From: Macrostomum lignano
Taxonomy: Eukaryota
DNA: 39,999 bases
Assembly (NCBI GenBank): GCA_002269645.1
Contig: NIVC01003478.1
Span: forward strand, 1 to 39,999
Direction: 5' to 3'
This document shows, in pieces, positions 12,570 through 24,639 of the stretch. A model generated the notes under the pieces. The model was not told where the DNA came from, ran no database searches, and worked only from the letters and a program-made list of their open reading frames with translations. The translations under genes were made by a program, and so were the position numbers. Within the stretch, counting starts at the first letter, position 1. Every line of letters begins with the position of its first letter.

Positions 12570-12886
12570 AACATGTAGTGCTGGTCCCAGTAGGGATTGG
12601 CCGAGCCAAACACGCTGCCGGTCACGTGACGCTGGTAGGGTTCGTCCAGCTCCAGACAGGCATAGGCATTTAGCTGACGCAGTGTAGAGGGAGCGGGACC
12701 TCTCCGGCTGCGGTGTCTGAGTGCTCCGGTGGCGGCAGCGGCAGGCTTGAGGCTTTGATCACTTTGACTAATAGGCGAGTGTTGCTACCCGGTTGCTGGG
12801 TGCCCGGTTGCTGACCGCTCTGCTGCTTCTGCCGACCGTGATGATGGTGGTGATGGTGGCGTCTCGGCACTGTAGCGTCCGCTGCA
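12570..12886 (-). CDS. C2CD2L: C2CD2L-like exon 4 (C2 domain N-half; contains a frame break)
   Basis: Acceptor cttaag|T, phase 2. RLLVKVIKASSL is in one frame and NAYACLELDEPYQRHVTGSVFGSANPYWDQHYMF (typical C2 motifs) is in another. Donor TT|GTGAGT, phase 2. Needs +1 nt, or removal of 26 nt, to be continuous. Confidence 0.75.
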
Positions 12887-12905
12887 CTTAAGGGGTCCTT
12901 AATAC

Positions 12906-14263
12906 GATTAATGAAACTCTTCTATAGATCAATGCGATTCTTCTATAGATTAATGCGATTCTTCTATAGATTAATGCGATTCTTCTATAGATTAATGCGA
13001 TTCTTCTATAGATTAATGCGATTCTTCTATAGATTAGAGCGATTTTTCTATAGATTAATGCGATTCTTCTATAGATTAATGCGATTCTTCTATAGATTAA
13101 TGCGATTCTTCTATAGATTAATGCGATTCTTCTATAGATTAATGCGATTCTTCTATAGATCAATGCGATTCTTCTATAGATTAATGCGATTCTTCTATAG
13201 ATTAATGCGATTCTTCTATAGATTAATGCGATTCTTCTATAGATTAATGCGATTCTTCTATAGATTAGAGCGATTTTTCTATAGATTAATGCGATTCTTC
13301 TATAGATTAATGCGATTCTTCTATAGATTAATGCGATTCTTCTATAGATTAATGCGATTCTTCTATAGATTAATGCGATCCTTCTATAGATTAATGCGAT
13401 TGAACATCTAAAGATTATGGCGATTCTTCTATAGATTAATGCAATTCTTCTATAGATTAATGCGATTCTTCTATAGATTAATGCGATTCTTCTATAGATT
13501 AATGCGATTCTTCTATAGATTAATGCGATCCTTCTATAGATTAATGCGATTGAACATCTAAAGATTATGGCGATTCTTCTATAGATTAATGCAATTCTTC
13601 TATAGATTAATGCGATTCTTCTATAGATTAATGCGATTCTTCTATAGATTAATGCAATTCTTCTATAGATTAATGCGATTCTTCTATAGATTAATGCGAT
13701 TTTTCTATAGATTAATGCGATCCTTCTATAGATTAAAGCGATTGAACATCTAAAGATTATGGCGATTCTTCTATAGATTAATGCAATTCTTCTATAGATT
13801 AATGCGATTCTTCTATAGATTAATGCGATTCTTCTATAGATTAATGCAATTCTTCTATAGATTAATGCGATTCTTCTATAGATTAATGCGATTCTTCTAT
13901 ACATTAATGCGATTCTTCTATAGATTAGAGCGATTCATTTATAGATTAATGCAATTCTTCTATAGATTAATGCGATTCTTCTATAGATTAATGCAATTCT
14001 TCTATAGATTAATGCGATTCTTCTATAGATTAATGCGATTCTTCTATACATTAATGCGATTCTTCTATAGATTAATGCGATTCTTCTATAGATTAAAGCG
14101 ATTGAACATCTAAAGATTATGGCGATTCTTCTATAGATTAATGCGATTCTTCTATAGATTAATGCGATTCTTCTATAGATTAATGCGATTCTTCTATAGA
14201 TTAATGCAATTCTTCTATAGATTAATGCGATTCTTCTATAGATTAGGGCGATTCTTCTGTAGA
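12906..14263. repeat. 21-bp minisatellite (gattaatgcgattcttctata)
   Basis: About 64 units, filling most of the intron 12887-14341. Confidence 0.97.
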
Positions 14264-14341
14264 TAGGGTTTTTCTAACAGTACAGATAATGGAGATTCAC
14301 CCTGTAGGAAGTTGACACTGTCAATGGGTCGAAACAGTTAC

Positions 14342-14667
14342 GAAGGTGTGGCCAACTTCTTTAACGGACTCACCTGCTGCTGTGAATCCGATTGATGTTG
14401 CAGACTCTGCTTCTGTTGCTGTTGCTTAGCAATGCCAGTCTGAGTGACAGCAGAAGCCGTGACTTTCGCATCGACAGTTTCAGTCAATGTAAGCGACATC
14501 ACGGCTCGCTCCAGCGCCGCAATGGCGAGTTGCGAGATGCTCGCGAGTTCCTGACTGCTCATGGAGCAGCCGCCGAGTGGCTTCGCTTCCGCTTGGGCTC
14601 GCGGCCGGCTGAGCAGGCGAAGCGAGCCGGTGAAGCCGCGGGGGCACAGGCGGAGTAGCAGGGCGGC
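14342..14667 (-). CDS. C2CD2L: C2CD2L-like exon 3 (end of SMP-like domain and linker)
   Basis: Acceptor acgcag|GCC, phase 0. Reads AALLLRLCPRGFTGSLRL...SISQLAIAALERAVMSLTL. Donor TC|GTAACT, phase 2 (326 nt). Confidence 0.7.
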
Positions 14668-14690
14668 CTGCGTTTTTGTGGAAGAAGCGG

Positions 14691-14800
14691 CTAGGGTTAG
14701 GGCTAGGGTTAGGGGGTTAGGGCTAGGGTTAGGGTTAGGGGTTAGGGCTAGGGTTAGGGTTAGGGTTAGGGTTAGGGCTAGGGTTAGGGTTAGGGTAGGG
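14691..14800 (+). repeat. Interstitial telomere-like (TTAGGG)n with CTAGGG variants
   Basis: About 18 hexamers, intronic. Confidence 0.9.
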
Positions 14801-14825
14801 AAAGAATATTATCTGTGGATAGAGA

Positions 14826-15320
14826 TTAGTTACTGGGGAGAATTAGTCAGTAACTGGGGTGAATTAGTCAGTAACTGGGGAGAATTAGTCAGTAACTGGG
14901 GAGAATTATTCAGTAACTGGGGAGAATTATTCAGTAACTGGGGAGAATTAGTCAGTAACTGGGGAGAATTATTCAGTAACTGGGGATAATTAGTCAGTAA
15001 CTGGGGAGAATTAGTCAGTAACTGGGGAGAATTAGTCAGTAACTGGGGTGAATTAGTCAGTAACTGGGGAGAATTAGTCAGTAACTGGGGAGAATTAGTC
15101 AGTAACTGGGGAGAATTAGTCAGTAACTGGGGAGAATTAGTCAGTAACTGGGGAGAATTATTCAGTAACTGGGGATAATTAGTCAGTAACTGGGGAGAAT
15201 TAGTCAGTAACTGGGGAGAATTAGTCAGTAACTGGGGAGAATTATTCAGTAACTGGGGAGAATTAGTCAGTAACTGGGTAGTATTAGTCAGTAACTGGGG
15301 AGAATTAGTCAGTTACTGGG
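14826..15320. repeat. 21-bp minisatellite (cagtaactggggagaattagt)
   Basis: About 23 units. Confidence 0.97.
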
Positions 15321-15348
15321 TAGAATTTTCACCCAGAGCGTCACTCGC

Positions 15349-15549
15349 CTCAGCTTCCACATCAAGCAGCGTCACCTCGCAACTCTTCATCCCGGACGCG
15401 GCCTCGCCCAGCCTGGCTTGCAGGCGAATCTCTTCGACGCGAACTGTCAGCCGAATCTGCAGCTCGTGAGTGTCCGAGCAGTGCCCGGCCGAGGCGGAGC
15501 GGATCTGCGGCGGCAGGCTGCCTACGAGCAGCTTTTCGAATCGGAAAAC
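15349..15549 (-). CDS. C2CD2L: C2CD2L-like exon 2 (SMP-like domain)
   Basis: Acceptor ttcccacag|GTT, phase 0. Reads VFRFEKLLVGSLPPQIRSAS...CEVTLLDVEAE. 201 nt, ending at a GC donor (GAG|GCGAGT). Confidence 0.7.
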
Positions 15550-15653
15550 CTGTGGGAATTTGCAGCGATTTGGATTTAACATCTAGTTGCCACCCGCACC
15601 TGCCTCATGGTGTCGAATTTCATCTCAGGTCTTGGGGCCTTGGTCTTGAGGCC

Positions 15654-18465
15654 TTGGCACCTCAGCTACTCCCCATTGAGCCAATTGGCACCTCAGCAAC
15701 TCCCCATTGTGAGCCAATTGGCACCTCAGCAACTCCCCATTGAGCCAATTGGCACCTCAGCAACTCCCCATTGAGCCAATTGGCACCTCAGCAACTCCCC
15801 ATTGTGAGCCAATTGGCACCTCAGCAACTCCCCATTGAGCCAATTGGCATCTCAGCAGCTCCCCATTGAGCCAATTGGCATCTCAGCAACTCCCCATTGT
15901 GAGCCAATTGGCACCTCAGCAACTCCCCATTGAGCCAATTGGCATCTCAGCAGCTCCCCATTGAGCCAATTGGCATCTCAGCAACTCCCCATTGTGAGCC
16001 AATTGGCACCTCAGCAACTCCCCATTGTGAGCCAATTGGCACCTCAGCTACTCCCCATTGAGCCAATTGGCACCTCAGCAACTCCCCATTGAGCCAATTG
16101 GCACCTCAGCAACTCCCCATTGTGAGCCAATTGGCACCTCAGCAACTCCCCATTGAGCCAATTGGCATCTCAGCAGCTCCCCATTGAGCCAATTGGCATC
16201 TCAGCAACTCCCCATTGTGAGCCAATTGGCACCTCAGCAACTCCCCATTGTGAGCCAATTGGCACCTCAGCAACTCCCCATTGAGCCAATTGGCATCTCA
16301 GCAGCTCCCCATTGAGCCAATTGGCATCTCAGCAACTCCCCATTGTGAGCCAATTGGCACCTCAGCAACTCCCCATTGTGAGCCAATTGGCACCTCAGCA
16401 ACTCCCCATTGAGCCAATTGGCATCTCAGCAGCTCCCCATTGAGCCAATTGGCATCTCAGCAACTCCTCATTGTGAGCCAATTGGCACCTCAGCAACTCC
16501 CCATTGTGAGCCAATTGGCACCTCAGCAACTCCCCATTGAGCCAATTGGCATCTCAGCAGCTCCCCATTGAGCCAATTGGCATCTCAGCAACTCCCCATT
16601 GTGAGCCAATTGGCACCTCAGCAACTCCCCATTGTGAGCCAATTGGCACCTCAGCAACTCCCCATTGAGCCAATTGGCATCTCAGCAGCTCCCCATTGAG
16701 CCAATTGGCATCTCAGCAACTCCCCATTGTGAGCCAATTGGCACCTCAGCAACTCCCCATTGTGAGCCAATTGGCACCTCAGCAACTCCCCATTGAGCCA
16801 ATTGGCATCTCAGCAGCTCCCCATTGAGCCAATTGGCATCTCAGCAACTCCTCATTGTGAGCCAATTGGCACCTCAGCAACTCCCCATTGTGAGCCAATT
16901 GGCACCTCAGCAACTCCCCATTGAGCCAATTGGCATCTCAGCAGCTCCCCATTGAGCCAATTGGCATCTCAGCAACTCCCCATTGTGAGCCAATTGGCAC
17001 CTCAGCAACTCCCCATTGTGAGCCAATTGGCACCTCAGCAACTCCCCATTGAGCCAATTGGCATCTCAGCAGCTCCCCATTGAGCCAATTGGCATCTCAG
17101 CAGCTCCCCATTGAGCCAATTGGCATCTCAGCAACTCCCCATTGTGAGCCAATTGGCACCTCAGCAACTCCCCATTGTGAGCCAATTGGCACCTCAGCAA
17201 CTCCCCATTGAGCCAATTGGCATCTCAGCAGCTCCCCATTGAGCCAATTGGCATCTCAGCAACTCCCCATTGAGCCAATTGGCATCTCAGCAGCTCCCCA
17301 TTGAGCCAATTGGCATCTCAGCAACTCCCCATTGAGCCAATTGGCACCTCAGCTACTCCCCATTGAGCCAATTGGCACCTCAGCAACTCCCCATTGAGCC
17401 AATTGGCATCTCAGCAACTCCCCATTGTGAGCCAATTGGCACCTCAGCAACTCCCCATTGAGCCAATTGGCATCTCAGCAGCTCCCCATTGAGCCAATTG
17501 GCATCTCAGCAACTCCCCATTGAGCCAATTGGCATCTCAGCAGCTCCCCATTGAGCCAATTGGCATCTCAGCAACTCCCCATTGTGAGCCAATTCGCATC
17601 TCAGCAACTCCCCATTGAGCCAATTGGCACCTCAGCAACTCCCCATTGTGAGCCAATTGGCACCTCAGCAACTCCCCATTGAGCCAATTGGCACCTCAGC
17701 AGCTCCCCATTGAGCCAATTGGCATCTCAGCAACTCCCCATTGTGAGCCAATTGGCACCTCAGCAACTCCCCATTGAGCCAATTGGCACCTCAGCAACTC
17801 CCCATTGTGAGCCAATTGGCATCTCAGCAACTCCTCATTGTGAGCCAATTGACACCTCAGCAGCTCCCCATTGAGCCAATTGGCATCTCAGCAACTCCCC
17901 ATTGTGAGCCAATTGGCATCTCAGCAACTCCCCATTGAGCCAATTGGCACCTCAGCAACTCCCCATTGTGAGCCAATTGGCATCTTAGCAACTCCTCATT
18001 GTGAGCCAATTGACACCTCAGCAACTCCCCATTGAGCCAATTGGCATCTCAGCAGCTCCCCATTGAGCCAATTGGCATCTCAGCAACTCCTCATTGAGCC
18101 AATTGGCATCTCAGCAACTCCCCATTGTGAGCCAATTGGCATCTCAGCAACTCCTCATTGTGAGCCAATTGACACCTCAGCAACTCCCCATTGTGAGCCA
18201 ATTGGCACCTCAGCAACTCCCCATTGTGAGCCAATTGGCATCTCAGCAACTCCTCATTGTGAGCCAATTGACACCTCAGCAACTCCCCATTGAGCCAATT
18301 GGCATCTCAGCAACTCCTCATTGAGCCAATTGGCATCTCAGCAACTCCCCATTGAGCCAATTGGCATCTCAGCAACTCCCCATTGAGCCAATTGGCATCT
18401 CAGCAACTCCTCATTGAGCCAATTGGCATCTCAGCAACTCCTCATTGAGCCAATTGGCATCTCAG
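15654..18465. repeat. 29/31-bp minisatellite (gagccaattggcacctcagcaactccccatt[gt])
   Basis: About 94 units, each containing the palindrome GCCAATTGGC. Confidence 0.97.
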
Positions 18466-18849
18466 GGAAACGCTTATTCAAAACGATTAGAATTTCTACA
18501 AGTCTATTTTCAAATCCAAACCAATTACTTGACTTTGCATCGATGTTTCCACACATTTCTCGTTTATCTGCAGCGAAGAAACTACAAAATTTCTGCTTTT
18601 GTAACTCTCCATAACTGCGCTTAATTGCAAGTGTAACTCATTCAGACAATTATACTGCTGTAAAACAACTCATCCCGCTATCAGTTTAGCGCTAATAACA
18701 CAGTTTAGCGCTAATAACATGTAAAAAGGGAAGCCCACAAAGAGCTTTGACTCTAAGCAAACACTATATATTTACAAAAAAACTTTTGCTTATAGATAAG
18801 CTCTCACTGACCGGAAATACTGGATATACAGATACATATATCTATATTA

Positions 18850-19312
<463 letters not shown>

Positions 19313-19721
19313 TAGGTGCACAGACAGACACAAACGAAACGCTATCAGGGGATGAATTATCTTCAGAAAAAACAACGACGACTATTTCTTGTTGATATTT
19401 TCGAACACATTTCGCATGTCCACGGAAGGTTATCCCAAAGTGAAGATTCAAGCAGCAGGCCCCAGACGCAAAGGAGACTGACACTGTCCATCTTGTTGGA
19501 GGGCCAGTCAACCCCCACAGTCTTCTACCAACCCTGACGAATTCCACTCGGATGTTTTTCTAGGACAGACACAGCCTGAAACCGTCCAAATGTGTTTATT
19601 AAAGCCAGCTGGCTCAGTGCTTTTTTAAACTGTGTTCAAGGCAAGGAAACTTCTGCGGAACTTTTCGAATGCTAAAAATGACCACCATATGAGGAATCAG
19701 CAATGCGAGGTTTTAAGAGTG

Positions 19722-20216
19722 TTCTCAGGTGAGATGGGAGAGCGACTCTCAGGTGAGATGGAAGAGCGATTCTCTCGAGAGAACGAAGGACGATTCTCAG
19801 GGGAGAAGGAAGGGCGAATCTCAGGGGAGATGGAAAAGCGACTCTCAGGTGAGATGGGAGAGCGATTCCCAGGTGAGATGGGCGGGCGACTCTCAGGTGA
19901 GATGGAAGAGCGACTCTCAGGTGAGATGGGAGAGCGACTCTCAGGGGAGATGGGAGAGCGACTCTCAGGTGAGATGGAAGAGCGACTCTCAGGTGAGATG
20001 GGAGAGCGACTCTCAGGTGAGATGGGAGAGCGACTCTCAGGTGAGATGGGAGAGCGACTCTCAGGTGAGATGGGAGAGCGACTCTCAGGTGAGATGGGAG
20101 AGCGACTCTCAGGTGAGATGGGAGAGCGACTCTCAGGTGAGATGGGAGAGCGACTCTCAGGTGAGATGGGAGAGCGACTCTCAGGTGAGATGGAAGCACG
20201 ATTCTCAGGTGAGATG
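19722..20216. repeat. 24-bp minisatellite (ctctcaggtgagatgggagagcga)
   Basis: About 20 units. Confidence 0.95.
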
Positions 20217-20854
20217 GATGGAGCCGCGATTCTTAAGTGAGCCGTTTCCAGCGTGTTTTACTTGCCCGAGGCCTAATTCCTCTACAATCATGATAAGAGT
20301 ACTTTACTCTGATGGTTGCCATGGCTACACACTTAGGCGGCTTTGTCAGTGCTTTCAGCTTCTGTCGGCATGGGCAGCGGAGGCTCCCAAACGGCAAGCC
20401 CTGAGGCCTTATCTGTGCATGGGTTGCGGGGGCATTCAGGTGGGGATTTATGCTAGGCCAGAGGGTAAGAGAGGAGAAGACAGGCAGCGCCCGCGCATAT
20501 GATGGCTTTAAAAATGGCCAACTAGAAAAACTTCTGCAACAAGCTTGGCTAAAAAAGCAACAAGCCAACTCCTGCGGCCGTGCAACTCCTATAGCGGTGA
20601 AGGCTTTTTCACAATACAAAAAAGCAAGTGGTCAGACAGAATCTACGATGCACTTATCTGTCGGGCAGTACGAGTATCAAAAGAACAGGAACCGATTGCA
20701 AAGCCAGATCTTTTAGAACACAGCAAAGATCAATAATACGCTCGTAATTAAAGGTGCTAACTAACTTTTAAACAATAGAGCCGTTTTTGTCGCTAAGCCC
20801 CCGCAAGTGCGTCTTGTATCTTCAATTTCCTGCGACTTTCTTATCTTTTCCCTC

Positions 20855-21545
20855 CTCTCATCTGTCTTCTATCGCCCTCACCTGTCTTCTGCCTCTCTCA
20901 CCTGTCTTCTATGGCCCTCACCTGTCTTCTGTGTCCCTCACCTGTTTTCTGTGTCCCTCACCTGTCTTCTGTGTCCCCACTTGTCTTCTGTGTCCCTCAC
21001 CTTGTCTTCTATGAACCTCACCTGTCTTCTGTGCACCTCATCTGTCTTCTGTGTCCCTGACCTGTCTTCTCTGTCTCTCACCTGTCTTCTATTGCCCTCA
21101 CCTGTCTTCTGCCTCTCTCACCTGTCTTCCGTGTCCCTCACCTGTCTTCTGCCTCTCTCACCTGTCTTCTATGGCCCTCACCTGTCTTCTGTGTCCCTCA
21201 CCTGTTTTCTGTGTCCCTGACTTGTCTTCTCTGTCTCTCACCTGTCTTCTATCGCCCTCACCTGTCTTCTGCCTCTCTCACCTGTCTTCTATGAACCTCA
21301 CCTGTCTTCTGTGTCCCTCATCTGTCTTCTGCGTCCTTCATCTGTCTTCTGTGTCCCTCACTTGTCTTCTCTGTCTCTCACCTGTCTTCTATCGCCCTCA
21401 CCTGTCTTCTGCCTCTCTCACTTGTCTTCTATGAACCTCACCTGTCTTCTGCGTCCCTCATTTGTCTTCTGTGTCCCTCACCTGTCTTCTGTGTCCCTCA
21501 CCTGTTTTTTATATCCCTCACCTGTCTTCTATGCCTCTCAACTGT
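20855..21545. repeat. 20-bp minisatellite (cacctgtcttctgtgtccct)
   Basis: About 34 units with sequence variants. Confidence 0.95.
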
Positions 21546-21697
21546 TTTCTTCACCTCTTATTTGTCTTTTACGAGCTACGCTCCCCCTAGCTGTTGTGCT
21601 TCTCACCTGTCTCATATGTCTTTTACGCCTCTACTTATAACTCATTAAGTACCTAAAATCTAATAATCATGCCATAATAAAATATGAAGTTTCTCAC

Positions 21698-22111
21698 CTT
21701 AGCAACCTTGTTGCAGCCTCCGTCATCCTCACTAGCCAGCTCGCCAATCGCGTCATTCAATGCAGCAATCCAGCGCTGCTCCAGCAGCCGTGGCAAGGCA
21801 TCAACGCTGACTGCAGAAGCGGGTGGCGACACAGCGGCGCCGGCTTTATTTAAAAAGAACCACGTGACCAGGGCATTTAGCCAGTCGCAAGTCTCGCCGC
21901 CATCGACAGCCGCGGAGGTGGGAGCGAAATCAGTGGGTTCAGACTGGCCGCGACGACTCCGTTGCCATGCCAACAGAGTCAGAATAGCGGCTACTACTAA
22001 TATTAATAATAATAATACTAGCATAACTCCAGTTGGTGCTGCGGCGACTGCAGCCAAGGTGGAACCAGCAGTTTGTCCGCTACTATGAAGTGCGGCCTTT
22101 TGTCGCAGCAT
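21698..22111 (-). CDS. C2CD2L: C2CD2/C2CD2L (TMEM24)-like, coding exon 1: TM anchor and start of SMP-like domain
   Basis: The ORF has a hydrophobic stretch (MLVLLLLILVVAAILTLLAW), then GETCDWLNALVTWFF and QRWIAALNDA, resembling the SMP-domain start of TMEM24/C2CD2 proteins. Donor AAG|GTGAGA at 21697, phase 0 (414 nt). The start could instead be the ATG at 22024. Family call is from recalled motifs, not a database search. Confidence 0.72.
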
Positions 22112-22964
22112 ATTCTTTAGCTCTAATCAGTTTATGAGATCATCTTGCTATGTAGTTGCCAATTTAATTCCAAATTAATGACATGGCTTGGCCAGAGTGA
22201 TGGTCAAACTCGAGGCGGCATGAAATTATTTGAAAAATGTAAGGCTGCATGAATAAAATAATAAGGGATTGAGGCTGGGGGCTAACCAATAGTGTACTTT
22301 TAATCAAGTTATGGGTGGCAGAGACGCGGCAGTCAGACCATTTCTACTATTGCTGCACTGGGTAAAACTATTTCCTACATACTAAAAATGAAATGTCTGT
22401 AGCTATGCGATAGATTTCAGAAAAATTGGCTCAACCGATTTTCTTCAAACTTGCACCATTCGATCAGAAATTTTCCTGGGACGGTACATGCATCTTGGCT
22501 AAGAAATTGCTTAATTTTAAAGGGATTAAATATTCGAAAAACATGCTTTTTTGCAAAGGTCAAGCAGCTCTTTTGACCTGGAATGCATTGTAAGAATGCT
22601 AGAGAAAAAACTGACTGGCTCAATTCCGATTGTGATAAAGATTGCATCACAACAAGTTGAAAACAGTGCCGAAGAAATGCACACACGACTTGATTAAAAT
22701 TGCGTAACCACATTGCTTACTTGAATTGAGACTGATACTGGCTGACTGAGAAATTGATTATGTCATAACTTTCTACTCCAATTGACTTGCTGTAAGAATT
22801 GAATTATAAGGGCCACAATTCTTGTTCTCCAAATGAAAAGAGATAGCCCAGATGCGAACAGACTGGGATGCTAATGTAGTGACCTGGGTTCGAATCTTAG
22901 AAGTGCAAAAAGATTTTTTTATTAAAAAACATTAAAAACACAAAACTGCTAAACATAAAAGTAG

Positions 22965-24545
22965 CACAATGTCAAACATAGAAGAGCCACCATGTTGAAC
23001 ATTAAAGAGCCACCATGTCAAGCATAAAAGAGCCACCATGTCGAGCATAAAAGAGCCACCATGTCAAACATTAAAGAGCCACCATGTCAAACACTAAAAA
23101 GCCACCATGTCAAACATATACGTGACTCCATGCCAAATATATACATGACTCCATGCCAAACACATACATGACTCCATGTCAAACATTAAAGAGCCACCAT
23201 GTCACACATTAAAGAGCCAACATGTCAAACATTAAAGAGCCACCATGTAAAGCATATATGTGAATCCATGCCAAATATATACATGACTCCATGTCTAACA
23301 CATACGTGACTCCATGTCAAACATTAAAGAGCAACCCTGTCCAACGTTAAAGAGCCACCATGTCGAACATTAAAGAGCCACAATGTAGAACATTAAAGAG
23401 CCACAATGTAGAACATTAAAGAGCCATGATGTCAAACATTAAAAAGCCACAATGTCAAACATTAAAGAGCCACCATGTCGAAGATTAAAGAGCCACAATA
23501 CGTAGAACATTAAAGAGCCACAATGTAGAGCATTAAAGAGCCACAATTTAGAGCATTAAAGAGCCACCATGTAGAACATTAAAGAGCCACAATTTCGAAC
23601 AATAAAGAGCCACCAAGTCGAATATTAAAGAGCCACTATGTCTAACATTAAAGAGCCACCATGTCGAACATTAAAGAGCATCATGTCAAACAATAAAGAG
23701 CCACCATGTTGAACATTAAAGAGCCACCATGTCAAATATTAAAAGGCCACAATGTAGAACATTAAAGAGCCACAATGTTGAACATTAAAGAGCCACTATG
23801 TCAAATATTAAATAGCCACCATGTGAAACATAAAAGAGCCACCATGTCAAACATTAAAGAGCTACCATGTCAAACATTAAAGAGCCACCATATCGAACAC
23901 TAAAGAGCCACCATGTAAAACATATACATATGACTCCATAACAAACATTAAACAGCCACCATTTCGAACATTAAAGAGCCACCATGTCGAACATAAAAGA
24001 GCCACCATGTCAATCATTAAAGAGCCACCATGTCAAACATTTAGGAGCCACCATGTAAAACAAAAGAGCCACCATTTCGAACATTAAAGAGCCACCATGT
24101 CAAACATTTAAGAGCCACCATGTCAAACATTTAAGAGCCACCATGTCAAACCTAAAAGAGCCACCATGTCGAACATAAAATAGCTACCATGTCAAACATT
24201 AAAGAGCCACCATGTCAAACATTTAACAGCAACCATGTCAATTATATATGTGTCTTTATGTCAAACATTGAAGAGCCACCATTTCTAACATTAAGGAGCC
24301 ACCATGTCAAACATTTAAAAGCCATCTTGTCAAACATTAAATAGCCACTTTGTCGAACATTAAAGAGCCACTGTGTCAAACATAAAAGAGCCACCAGGTT
24401 GAACATTAAAGAGCCACCATGTCAAACAATAAAGAGCCACAATGTCAAACTTAAAAGAGCCACCATGTCAGACATTAAAAAGTCATCGTTTCAAACATAA
24501 AAGAGTTGCCATGTAGAACATAAAAGAGCCACCATGTAAAACATA
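22965..24545. repeat. Degenerate ~23-bp minisatellite (aaacattaaagagccaccatgtc) inside Helitron copy 1
   Basis: Direct tandem repeats. Confidence 0.9.
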
Positions 24546-24639
24546 AAATTTACACAATTTCAAACGTAAAAGTAAGCGAATTTTAAAGAAGCCACTATAA
24601 TGCTAAGGAAATTGTCGCACTAGCTACTTATTGTCTGGT

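Noticed and set aside
14691-14800. True telomere or chromosome end
   Set aside because: It is a short, variant-containing tract inside an intron with exons on both sides.
8383-18465. CRISPR-like appearance of 21-31 bp repeats
   Set aside because: The units are directly adjacent with no unique spacers, there are no cas genes, and the context is a eukaryotic intron.
19316-20760. Nested gene or transposase in intron 1 (ORFs 19316-19537, 20233-20619, 20450-20716)
   Set aside because: The ORFs are short, with no recognisable motif and no phase-consistent splice chain.
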